DNA of 41,890 nucleotides from Octopus bimaculoides (GCF_001194135.2 NC_069004.1:1616823-1658712); one strand, 5' to 3'. Counted from the stretch's first letter, positions 13,238 to 23,955 are shown. Made by a program: numbers and translations. The notes: generated by a model not told the origin, from the sequence alone.

Positions 13238-14091
13238 NNNNNNNNNNNNNNNNNNNNNNNNNNNNNNNNNNNNNNNNNNNNNNNNNNNNNNNNNNNNNNN
13301 NNNNNNNNNNNNNNNNNNNNNNNNNNNNNNNNNNNNNNNNNNNNNNNNNNNNAGAGAGAGAGAGAGAGAGAGATAGAGAGGGGTTGGAGAGGGAAAGTGA
13401 AAGAGAAGGAAAGAGAAATACCCATATGCATGTAATGTGTCTATGTCTTTTTTTTTTTTTCTCTCTCATTCACGTGTTACCCCAAAAAAACTCTATCCAA
13501 TCAAACAACTACAAAGAGCAGAAACCGTCCTGTCATCACTCCGTTGCATCGTCATCGGGCGAACGCGTCCGCCACAAGTTGTAACAATAAACATATTATG
13601 ACTCAATAACACCGACCTTCTTTCATCCGTTTCTCCTACTTTGCGTTCATCTCTTTGTTAATTCAGTAACAACGCATTTCTTATTGTCACACTAGTAATA
13701 CCATGTTCACGTGTGTTTGTGTATACATGTGTGCATGTGCATGTGCGTGTGTGTACCTGTATCTATATTTATATCTCTCTATATATATGTGTGTGTGCGT
13801 ATGTGTGTGTGTGCATTGATGACGTCATGAAAATGTTTTCTAAACTTTGGAGAGAAAGTGGAATTATTCTCTTTCGAAACAGTGGATCTCGAAGCACGTA
13901 AAGCTATGAATAATAGCATGAAAATATTGGGTTGAAAAATCCCGTTGGTTAGAAATAGTCGGAAGCTGCTTGTGGGACACGCACCCACATCTGTAGGCAT
14001 TTACATATATGTGTATGTGTATATATACACACACACTCACATATATATACATATATATATACATACATACATACATATCTATATCTATATC

Positions 14092-14123
<32 letters not shown>

Positions 14124-14641
14124 AACACACATATATATACACATATATATTGGTGTTAAATGTGTTGGTGCTAGTATTGGAAATGGCGATGTTGTTAATG
14201 GTGATGATGGTGTCGGTGGTATTGTTATTAAAGGTGGTTTGTGGTGTTAAAAACGGTGATTATTGATGGTGAGGACGGGGCTCCTTATTCCCCAGCTAAG
14301 TAAACTGCGATAAGAAAATTTCATGTGCCTTATCTCGAGATGACGAGAACGAATTATATTTAGTTTGTTATAAGCTTTCAACCCTGTTTTTCTCAGATGT
14401 TTCGCCTCTAAAATAAACTGTCTGTTTGTTAGAACAAACATCTTCAAATAAAGGTCCGATTACTAATCTCATCTACATCTGCAACATTTCATCATTTACT
14501 GTATTCGATGGTGTAAAAGACCACACGGCCAGATTAAACACACCCCAAGTTTCGGCAGTGCACCTCCAGGAAAAGTTTTTAGGAGTAGGCGTGGCAGTGT
14601 GACAGGAAGCTTGCTTCCCAGTCAGATGGTTCGGAGTTCGC

Positions 14642-14714
14642 TAAGTAACGGGGGACGTAAACACACCAGCATCGGCTGTCAAGCGATGTTGGGGGGACAA
14701 ACACAGACACACAA

Positions 14715-14765
<51 letters not shown>

Positions 14766-14999
14766 NNNNNNNNNNNNNNNNNNNNNNNNNNNNNNNNNNN
14801 NNNNNNNNNNNNNNNNNNNNNNNNNTATATATGCATACGACGGGCTTCTTTCAGTTTCCGTCTACCAAATCCACTCACAAGGCTTTGGTCGGCCCGAGGC
14901 TATAGTAGAAGACACTTGCCCAAGGTGCCACGCAGTGAGACCGAACCCGGAGCCATGTGGTTCGTAAGCAAGCTACTTACCACACAGCCACTCCTACGC
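14642..14999 (-). mobile_element. SINE family B (tRNA head, CORE-like domain, internal microsatellite), possibly octopus OR2-like
   Basis: Minus strand: aggagtggctgtgtggtaag, ggttcggtctc, ggcaccttgggcaagtgtcttc (resembles the CORE gaccttgggcaagt motif), then (AT)/(GT)n and tail. Family name from memory, unverified. Confidence 0.85.
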
Positions 15000-15632
15000 T
15001 TATACTATCAAAAGAAGATATTGCGGTCGATAAAATGAAGTACCAACAATACTGAGGTCGATTTAATCGAATTGTGCATTTCCCTAAAAAATTTCCGGTC
15101 TTGGAACCTGAAACGGACCGGTATTCCGTTCAGTTAGGTAGATTACGATTTCGGTCATTTGTACGTCACGGAAGTCGGACATCCGGGCTTTATGCATCTT
15201 AGAGCCCAGGAAAATAATAATAATAATTATAAAAAGATGATTACGGATAAGCTTTCCGGAACAGGATGTCGGATATTGCATATCATCTCATAACACCGCC
15301 GTGTGTGACTGTTATCACGCGTTAATAGTGTCTCCATCGTTAACACGGATACTATCTTGTTAGATCGAGGATGCTGAGGTTTCGAACCCTCGTCAAAGCC
15401 ATTTACTTCACTGATTATATAATAAGGTCCTTAAGAGGGGCATGACCATTACAACCCACCCACACACCCTATAACACCCCACCTATCCACACAAAATGAT
15501 AGAGATCTCGAAATGAAATTGATAGTTCATGGTGATTAAGAAAGTTAACAAAGTTAAGAAATAATTGCAGATAATTAATCGCTGATAATTGTTTAATAGC
15601 CGTGTTAGATTACACAACCATCGATAGCTGTA

Positions 15633-15633
<1 letters not shown>

Positions 15634-15708
<75 letters not shown>
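15634..15708. repeat. (TG)n microsatellite
   Basis: Direct reading of the sequence. Confidence 0.98.
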
Positions 15709-15712
<4 letters not shown>

Positions 15713-15902
15713 CGAGAGTGGGTGATATCGCCATAGGATGGTTCAGTGATACCTGTTATGAAGTAAGATAACAACCGGAGTAGAACTCGCTTAAAGATGG
15801 TGTCTTGGTCACGTGGTGATTGTCGGTGGGTAGGTGAGTGTTTGAGGAACTGGTATGTCTATGTAAGCATGTATATATGTATGAGTGTGTGTGTGTATGC
15901 AT

Positions 15903-15969
<67 letters not shown>

Positions 15970-16021
15970 TATAAAGCCTTGTGAGTGGATTTAGTAGACA
16001 GAAACTCAAAGAAGCCCATCG

Positions 16022-16066
<45 letters not shown>

Positions 16067-16270
16067 TCGTGTGTCTGTGTTTGTTCCTCCCCCCATCATC
16101 GCTTGACAACCAATGTTGGTGTGTTTACGTCCCTGTAACTTAACGGTTCGGCACAAGAGATCCGATAGAATAAGTACCAGGTTTACAAAGAATAAGTCCC
16201 GGGGTCGATTTGTTCGACAAAAAGCATGGCCGCCGTCAAATGAATGAAACAAGTAAAAGAATAAAAGAAT
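15970..16270 (+). mobile_element. SINE family B, 5'-truncated, with internal (GT)n and full tail
   Basis: aaagccttgtgagtggatt...(GT)n...cgcttgacaacc...ggggtcgatttgttcgac...gaaacaagtaaaagaataaaag. Confidence 0.88.
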
Positions 16271-16469
16271 ACTCGTATAACGAACAATTTGGTAAACGAA
16301 CAAGTCTCTGAAGCTGAATGTGTTCGTATAAAGAGACTTCACTGTATATATGTATATACATATGTGAAATATTAAATCAAAAATGAATATGTTTTTTGAA
16401 TTCAATCTTTGCTTTTCGTACTTTCAGAAAGAATGTTATCAGCGTTGCTTGTGAAAAACTTCCTTAAAC

Positions 16470-16545
16470 ATGGCCAGAAAACAATATCACATTCCAAAAG
16501 TAATTCCACCATTTTTTGCAATTCTTTTCGTCGTCTTCACAAATG
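16470..16545 (+). CDS. First coding exon (signal peptide) of a CUB-like/TM receptor gene: MARKQYHIPKVIPPFFAILFVVFTN-G|
   Basis: Pyrimidine-rich acceptor tctttgcttttcgtactttcag ends at 16427. In-frame TGA at 16452 precedes an ATG in strong context (aaacATGG). Basic N-region plus hydrophobic core. Donor G|gtaagt at 16545/16546, phase 1, matches the phase-1 start of the CUB exon. Confidence 0.75.
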
Positions 16546-16722
16546 GTAAGTTCTTCAATCACGTAAGTTCTCGCACCACTCAATAATTTCCCATTTCGCG
16601 TATAACAAGTCTCTTTACCACATGTAATAAATGTCTTTGTCACAGTTAATGTATTCCAATATTTCACTCAATAATTTCCCATTATGAGATGTAATATGTT
16701 TTTTATATGACGTTACGTAATA

Positions 16723-16925
16723 AAGCGGTGAGCTGGCAGAATCGTTAGCAGGCCGGACGAAATGCTTTGCGGTATTTCGTCCGTCACTACGTTCCAAGTT
16801 CAAATTCCGCCGAGGTCGACTTTGCCTTTCATCCCTTTCGGGATCGATAAGGAGTTACCATTTGAGTACTGGGGTCAATGTAATCGACTTACCCCCGTGC
16901 CCCATAACTGCTGACCTTGTTCAAA
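16723..16925 (+). mobile_element. SINE family A
   Basis: Head, B box and core match 7360-7592 in the opposite orientation. Confidence 0.88.
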
Positions 16926-16966
16926 AATTTAAAGCCAATATGAAGTTACGTCGGTAGTTTCTGTAG

Positions 16967-17045
16967 AAGGCGGCAGGCTGGCAGAATCGTCAGCGTGTCA
17001 GACTTTCTTCTGGCTCTTTGAGTTCTGAGTTCGAATCCTGCTGCT
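16967..17045 (+). mobile_element. SINE family A head fragment
   Basis: aggcggcaggctggcagaatcgtcagc...gagttcgaatcc. Confidence 0.65.
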
Positions 17046-17065
17046 ATGCATTTTTTTCGGCATAT

Positions 17066-17577
17066 TGATAATCCTTTCTATTATAGGCCCTAAATTTGGT
17101 GAAAGGGGGTTAGTTTATTACAACGACCCCCAGTGCTCAACTAGTACTTAATTTCATCGATTCCGAAAGGATGAAAGTTGAAGTCCATCACAGTGGGATG
17201 TGAATTCAGAACATAAATACGGACGAAAATGCCGCCATGCATTTCGTCCGGCGTGCTAACGATTCCGCTTGTTCGCTTCTTTGAAAAGGGTCAATAATCC
17301 TCTCAAGTACAGGAACAAGGCCTGACATTCAGTGAAGGGATCAAGTCGATTACATCGACAGGATTAATAATCCATTCTATTATAGACACAAGGCCTGCAA
17401 CTTTGGGGGAGGTGGTTAGTCGACCCCAGTGCGTAACTGGTACTTATTTCATCGACTTTCCAAGGATGAAAGGCAAAGTCATCCTCGACGGAATTTAAAC
17501 TCAAAACGTAAAGACGAACGAAATGCCGCTAAGCATTTTGTCCGGTGCACTAACGATTCTGCCTGTACGCCGCCTTG
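17066..17577 (-). mobile_element. Tandem cluster of three minus-strand family A SINEs (17066-17277, tail fragment 17290-17360, 17365-17577)
   Basis: Repeated heads (ctaacgattc), cores (aaggatgaaag) and the tail variant ctattatag..acaaggcctg. Confidence 0.85.
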
Positions 17578-18127
17578 AAGACTTCAATGCCCTAAAAAAA
17601 TGTTTTTCTTGAATAGTAAATGAAAATTATGCTATCAAAGAATATTTAAGTTCCTATGGTGACCCATATGCTGAAACGGTAAATACACAAATATGTCAAA
17701 ACAAGTGCATATTAAATAAAAGCTACTTTGCAAATACATTTTGGCTGTAGAAATATCTTAACAATGGGAAAAATATGCAATTTATTTACACTGAATTCGT
17801 TTTAATTGTGAGAGTGGATAACGTCTAAGGATATAAATATATTTATATTGTTATATATAATAGATTTGAATGTGTTATTATGTATTTCAACTAAAAGGTT
17901 TATTGTTGCTTGATGCGTAGAGGTGGATTTTCAGGAATATCGTTATATTTTGAAGAGAATTTTGGAATTTAAAAAAAATGTTATTGTGATTCCTGTTAAC
18001 TTGGTGTGATTCAAATATATTCATAAACACGTATTCTTAAATATAAATATGGTGATACACAACTCACTCACGAATAGAAATACAACCCACTCACGAATAG
18101 AAATACAACCATATGCAATGGCATATA

Positions 18128-18563
18128 CAGGGAGTTCGAAGTAAATTTGACGATTTGTATGTCTCCATTTTCCAGGGACAGTCTGATGTTTTGTTCAAAG
18201 GCTAACGATGTTTGAGAACGTAAAGATTAAAGTTGAGAAAAAGTTAGCTGACATGGAGTATTGGAAGCCATCTGAATATTGGAAAAGAGTTATTCGTATC
18301 ATGACGATTCGCGCCTAGTATCAATATGTCGACATCATGATTGCTGCTCAATGCTCTGTGAACATTGTAAAGGCTGTAAAAAGCATCATGGACAGCTACA
18401 AAGGAAACTAAGAAACCATGGCCAGCAGGAAGGGACACAGCAAGCGTTCTGAATGCCTCTGCACGCCGGAATTCATCCGGCAGTTGACTAAATTCAGACG
18501 ATTATGTGAAGCCGCTGGAGACTGTTGTCAAACCATGGCTGCGGATAGTTGCTTCTGGAAGGC
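18128..18563 (+). mobile_element. maT/DD37D-like Tc1-mariner 5' remnant with internal deletion
   Basis: TA|cagggagttcgaag terminus. Decayed N-terminus MEYWKPSEYWKR...RKGHSKRSECLCTPEFIRQL joins at about 18486 to catalytic-domain RLNSDDYVKPLETVVKPWLRIVASGR, which normally precedes the xWQQD motif. Confidence 0.75.
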
Positions 18564-18840
18564 TCCTTGCCAAATCTCTGGAAAGTGTCAGAAGGTTTGC
18601 AAATCTAACGGAGGCCTCAAAAGACATTTTAAGATCCACAAAAATCAGAACTTATCTGCAGCTCTTGGTGGTCCAAATCGGATGTGCAATTTATGTGGAT
18701 GTCTTTTCAGAATATTGTCTGGTTTAAAAAGCCACATCAGATGCCATCATGGTTCTAAGGTGTTGGTACAGGAGGTGGTGACCAAACTCTGCATAAGGAG
18801 TAGACGACCACCATCATGTATGTATGTATCTATGTATGTA
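18564..18840 (+). mobile_element. 3' end of a non-LTR element (RTE-like) with two C2H2 fingers and a (TGTA)n tail
   Basis: CQKVCKSNGGLKRHFKIH and CNLCGCLFRILSGLKSHIRCH lack TGEKP linkers and end directly in a tetranucleotide tail. The clade assignment is inference. Confidence 0.6.
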
Positions 18841-20149
18841 TTCATGTGTGTGTGAGTTTCTCTCTCTCTCTCTCTCTCTCTCTACATACATATATATATA
18901 TACATAAACACACTCACACATACACACACACACATATATTTCTACAAACATGCATATATGTAAATAAATATGTATATATATGTGTATGTATGTTTGTGTC
19001 TATGTATGTATGTGTGTGTGTGAGTGTATGTATGTATGTATGTATGTATGTATGTATGTATGTATGAATGTGCGTATGTAAGCACTTAGTAAGCGTCTTT
19101 TTAAAAGGACCCTGATACGTTTCCTGATTTCCTGGTTGAACTCTGACCCCGGGTGTATTTGGTGACAATACACGCGTCCATAAAAAGTGTTACAACCGAT
19201 ATTAACAAGATTTCGGTGTGTTTGATGTGTGTGAATCAGCGTGCAATATAACGCCGCGTAAAAGCTGTCCTCAAAGTCAAGTAGCAGCTCTTGTCTCAAT
19301 GGACTCAGATCTGTGACAGGAAACGTAAGAACGAGAATTAGCTAACGTTTGCCATGCTTATTATGGAGGAAGCTAAGTAATCTGAAGAATGAATACAGCA
19401 CTGTGAAAATAATATAGAAATAAGGAGATAACTATCGCATTTTAAATGAAATAATTACTAAAACACAACACTGAAATATAAACCTTTGTTTAACGGTTGA
19501 AAACCAGTTAGCTATTTTTCTGAATCATCAACTCTTCTTAATTTGGAAGCGTTTCCATTTTGTTTGCTTATCGTGTGTTCTAGTTCACACTGCGCAAACT
19601 TTGAGTATTCTATTTTATTCCTTTTTCTTTCTCGTTATTTCATACAAAAGGCCTCTCTGAACAAACTACAAAGATTTATCTAAAAATAAATAACCTATTT
19701 AATATTAATTCTAATTAGTCATTAGCATAACAAACTATTCTAACAGCCACACAGTTTCTTTTTACAGATTTCGCCAGATAGAATCGACTTCACGTTAAAA
19801 TTAATTAATTTTTTTTCTTTGTTTCTAATCAACTCTCTTTACTTAATTAGTACAGATACTAATTATATTAATATTAATTACTAACCAATTTGACGACACG
19901 TTTTCGTGCCATCTGAAGTCCTAACGTCTTGGGTGTTATCATTAGCAAGTCTCACAGCCCAGATATTTATATCCGTAAATAGATATGTCTTGCAGACGGG
20001 ACACTGTAGAATTAACGAAGTGTTATTGTTAACATGCAATATTAAATTCAAATAGTCATATTTCACTGGAGAAAATATTCATGTTTCAAACTCAGTTTGT
20101 TGTTGTTGTTGTTGTTTGGTCTAATTTAAAAACCGTCCAGTTAATTCTT

Positions 20150-20452
20150 CATTGAACACGTCCTCCGTCGGTTACGACGATGACTATTCCAGTTGATGTG
20201 ATCAACAGAACTGCCTGCTCGTGAAATTAACGTGAAACGTGTACCCTTAACATAGTTCTCAGGGAGATTCAGTGTGACACAGAGTGTGACAAGGCTGGCC
20301 CCTTTGAATTACAGGTACAACTCATTTTTGCCAGATGAGTGCACTGCAGCAACATGAAATAAAGTGTCTTGCTCAAGGACACAATGCACTGCCAGGAATT
20401 GAACTCATTACTTTACAATCGTGAGCCGAACGCCCTGACCACAAAGCCGCCT
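20150..20452 (-). mobile_element. tRNA-derived SINE family C (CORE/V-like central domain)
   Basis: Minus strand: ggctttgtggtcagggcgttcggctc, gagttcaattcc (B box), gtgtccttgagcaagacacttt. Confidence 0.75.
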
Positions 20453-21477
20453 ACCATCACAATTTTTCATTATACAAAATTAACTAAAAGCATATTCCGT
20501 AAACATGTTCGTTAGATTTTATAAAAATCTAAATTTTTTTTTAATGTCTTTTCAGGAGTTCAAACAGAGATGGAGAGTCTGTANNNNNNNNNNNNNNNNN
20601 NNNNNNNNNNNNNNNNNNNNNNNNNNNNNNNNNNNNNNNNNNNNNNNNNNNNNNNNNNNNNNNNNNNNNNNNNNNNNNNNNNNNNNNNNNNNNNNNNNNN
20701 NNNNNNNNNNNNNNNNNNNNNNNNNNNNNNNNNNNNNNNNNNNNNNNNNNNNNNNNNNNNNNNNNNNNNNNNNNNNNNNNNNNNNNNNNNNNNNNNNNNN
20801 NNNNNNNNNNNNNNNNNNNNNNNNNNNNNNNNNNNNNNNNNNNNNNNNNNNNNNNNNNNNNNNNNNNNNNNNNNNNNNNNNNNNNNNNNNNNNNNNNNNN
20901 NNNNNNNNNNNNNNNNNNNNNNNNNNNNNNNNNNNNNNNNNNNNNNNNNNNNNNNNNNNNNNNNNNNNNNNNNNNNNNNNNNNNNNNNNNNNNNNNNNNN
21001 NNNNNNNNNNNNNNNNNNNNNNNNNNNNNNNNNNNNNNNNNNNNNNNNNNNNNNNNNNNNNNNNNNNNNNNNNNNNNNNNNNNNNNNNNNNNNNNNNNNN
21101 NNNNNNNNNNNNNNNNNNNNNNNNNNNNNNNNNNNNNNNNNNNNNNNNNNNNNNNNNNNNNNNNNNNNNNNNNNNNNNNNNNNNNNNNNNNNNNNNNNNN
21201 NNNNNNNNNNNNNNNNNNNNNNNNNNNNNNNNNNNNNNNNNNNNNNNNNNNNNNNNNNNNNNNNNNNNNNNNNNNNNNNNNNNNNNNNNNNNNNNNNNNN
21301 NNNNNNNNNNNNNNNNNNNNNNNNNNNNNNNNNNNNNNNNNNNNNNNNNNNNNNNNNNNNNNNNNNNNNNNNNNNNNNNNNNNNNNNNNNNNNNNNNNNN
21401 NNNNNNNNNNNNNNNNNNNNNNNNNNNNNNNNNNNNNNNNNNNNNNNNNNNNNNNNNNNNNNNNNNNNNNNNNNNNN

Positions 21478-21509
<32 letters not shown>

Positions 21510-22265
21510 TTATATTATATAAAGAGAGATGGAAAGAGGAAGGAAGAGGAAGATTTGAGAGTGAAAGATCTGACATATTAGGTACATATGTGTGTGTGTG
21601 TGTGTGTGTTGGACATCAGTCATGTGAGTAAAAGATGTATATTTTTTGCATCAGTTTTTATCTGTTGCCATACTTTGATAAGTTGTACTCTAGATGTCTG
21701 TTTCTAAAGATAAATAATCACAAATGATGTTTAATTAAAATAATCTTGTTACTTCTTTAGTTTCAAAATGTAGGTGGAGATAAATATAGAACGAGGTTTA
21801 TGTCTACTCTCTCTTTCTCCCTCTTTCTGTCTGTCTGTCTCTCTCTCTCTCTCCCCAGCTACACTTGCATTTTTACACACATACACGCACATATACATAC
21901 TCATACACACACACACATATTTAAAACCTGTATTTATTAAATGATACTCATCTCCTGCCAGATGGAATATTTTTTTGCTGATTCTACGGATAATGGAACA
22001 GTACATTATATATATATATATATGTAATGGACGGGTGAATTGTTATTTTAACAATGGGGTGGGGAATGTACTCGGATTGTTTATTTTTATGAAAAGCTGA
22101 ACATTTTTTTTATTTGAAACCCTGAGCATCACGCTAGCAATAATTGAAACGACTGAAGTGTTACGTGGGCCATACGTTACATTTAAGAATCATACATACA
22201 ACTGCATTGCCAACATCAAATCTAAGTTAATAAACTCAAGTGAAAATGAGCTCGATAGATAATAT

Positions 22266-22298
<33 letters not shown>

Positions 22299-22301
<3 letters not shown>

Positions 22302-22404
22302 GTTCTTGTATGAGTACAGTCCCCCCGTCCCTCACTCCGTACAATTCCAGTGATATTGTCTCGTATTGTTTTCCACAGAAAGCAACATCATTCCNNNNNN
22401 NNNN

Positions 22405-22453
<49 letters not shown>

Positions 22454-22546
22454 GTTCTTGTATGAGTACAGTCCCCCCGTCCCTCACTCCGTACAATTCC
22501 AGTGATATTGTCTCGTATTGTTTTCCACAGAAAGCAACATCATTCC
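22299..22546 (+). other. Identical 96-bp duplication across a 10-N gap (probable assembly false duplication)
   Basis: 22299-22394 equals 22451-22546. Both follow (TG)n, and the first copy stops abruptly at the gap. Confidence 0.75.
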
Positions 22547-22896
22547 ATTCTGCAGTTCTGGTAAAAAGAGAGGAAAAACAGTTTTCATCGGAAACAAGAA
22601 CTACCCGGAATCTATTACAGGAGGCATTCACGAGTGTCACTGCCAAGTATATTCAGGATTTGGCAGCAGAATTACTCTCCATGCTGTGGACATCACAATA
22701 AGCTCCAGTAGCGAATTGGTATGTCAGAAAGGTTTAAAGATTTCGGATGTTCATGGCGAAGAAATTGAGATTGGCTGTGGATATAAAGGTCTATACGGAT
22801 TCCGTACAATTTACCAGAAAGGAGCAAACAATTTGACCGTAACGCTTTACAGTCTGTCAGAAGACTCTCGTGGGTATGTTTGGCTGCAAGCTAAAG
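22531..22896 (+). CDS. CUB-like domain exon (366 nt, phase 1-1)
   Basis: Acceptor ttgttttccacag at 22530, donor AAAG|gtaagt at 22896. The frame shows CUB hallmarks: C..(N)YP..C, RITLHAVDITI, C..L.I.D, CG, NNLTVTL, GYVWL. Confidence 0.85.
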
Positions 22897-22949
22897 GTAA
22901 GTTGCCTTCTGCACATCTCTATATAGTTTTGTCTGTGTGTCTGTGTGGT

Positions 22950-23035
22950 AAAGAGGTTTGCTTCTTGTTGACATAGCTTCGGGTTCAGGCCCACTTCCTG
23001 GTACCTTGGGTCGAGTAAAGCCATGTGAGTAGATC
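22950..23035 (+). mobile_element. Degenerate SINE family B head
   Basis: cgggttcaggcccact..ggtaccttggg...aaagccatgtgagtagat. Confidence 0.6.
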
Positions 23036-23039
23036 TATG

Positions 23040-23232
23040 TGCCAGCATAACGTGGCAGTCCTGTAAAGGACGATGTTACTGTTGTAAGACTAGAGATGGG
23101 AGCGATGACCTCCCTTGCAAATGCTATATACGGACACAGACAGTGTGTCGTTAGTCAGCTGGAAAAGATGTTTTCCTGGGGCTAAAACAACAGTAACGAC
23201 GTCGTTTATAGGACTACCACGTTATGTTGGCA
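23040..23232. mobile_element. MITE with ~48-bp terminal inverted repeats
   Basis: Left arm tgccagcataacgtggcagtcctgtaaaggacgatgttactgttgt pairs with right arm acaacagtaacgacgtcgtttataggactaccacgttatgttggca. TA lies at or near both ends. Confidence 0.8.
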
Positions 23233-23384
23233 TAGAAACATTACTATCTGGTACTGTTACTGTATTTCTATCGCTCAGAGATTTAAATATATATATTCAA
23301 GTAGTCATTTTACCTTGTCCTTATTCTAAGTGCAAGTTTTGAAGTGTGCACTTCGATTTTAACAATTATTTTTTCAAAACTATA

Positions 23385-23901
23385 ATGGAAGTGACAAAGT
23401 TGCATATTCGACATATTTTGCTCTATGAGTTCAATAAAGACAACAACGCAATGGAAAGTGCGAGGAATATTAATGCAGTATATGCGGATCGGACAATAAG
23501 CGTAAGCTAGTGTCAATGGTAGTTCCAGAAATTCTGAGCTGGAAACTATAGCCTAGAAGACGAGCCTCGTCTTGCAAGATCTGTAGAGCTCGACGAGGAC
23601 GTCCTGCAAACCCGAGCTCGGCCACATACAGCGAGGATGATATTCCAAAGGCTGGAGCAATTTGAATGGGAATGATGCTTCACCCACCATATTGGCCAGA
23701 CATTGCCCCATCTGATTATCATTTATTTTATAATCTTCAAAATCATTTGGACGGAAAAAGTATAGATTCTGTAGATGAGGTCAGAAGAGTACTGGAATGA
23801 GTATTTTTCGTCATGGACAAGTGAATTTTGGAAGAGGGGCCTTGCATGTCTACCCGATAGATAGAAGAGCATTGTAGAGAATGAGGGAGAGTGTATTTTA
23901 G
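23385..23901 (+). pseudogene. Internally deleted mariner transposase pseudogene
   Basis: HTH N-terminus MEVTKLHIRHILLYEFNK...SLEDEPR, fused to (N)ARPH, HPPYWPDIAPSDYHLF and FWKRGL..LPDR. Several stops and frameshifts. Confidence 0.9.
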
Positions 23902-23955
23902 ATTTCCTTGATTTTTCCATGTTATCAGTACATTTATTAATTTATTTCTGTTCAG

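Noticed and set aside
15360-15400. tRNA gene (gaggtttcgaaccctc T-arm-like hairpin), and SINE heads as tRNAs
   Set aside because: No acceptor, D or anticodon stems, and the SINE heads continue into SINE bodies.
18065-18110. Perfect 23-bp tandem duplication read as a TSD of the adjacent transposon
   Set aside because: The copies are adjacent rather than flanking the element, and Tc1/mariner TSDs are TA; likely replication slippage.
18564-18815. Member of the host C2H2 zinc-finger gene expansion
   Set aside because: Only two fingers, no TGEKP linker, no splice sites, and it ends in a (TGTA)n tail, which fits a retroelement 3' end better.
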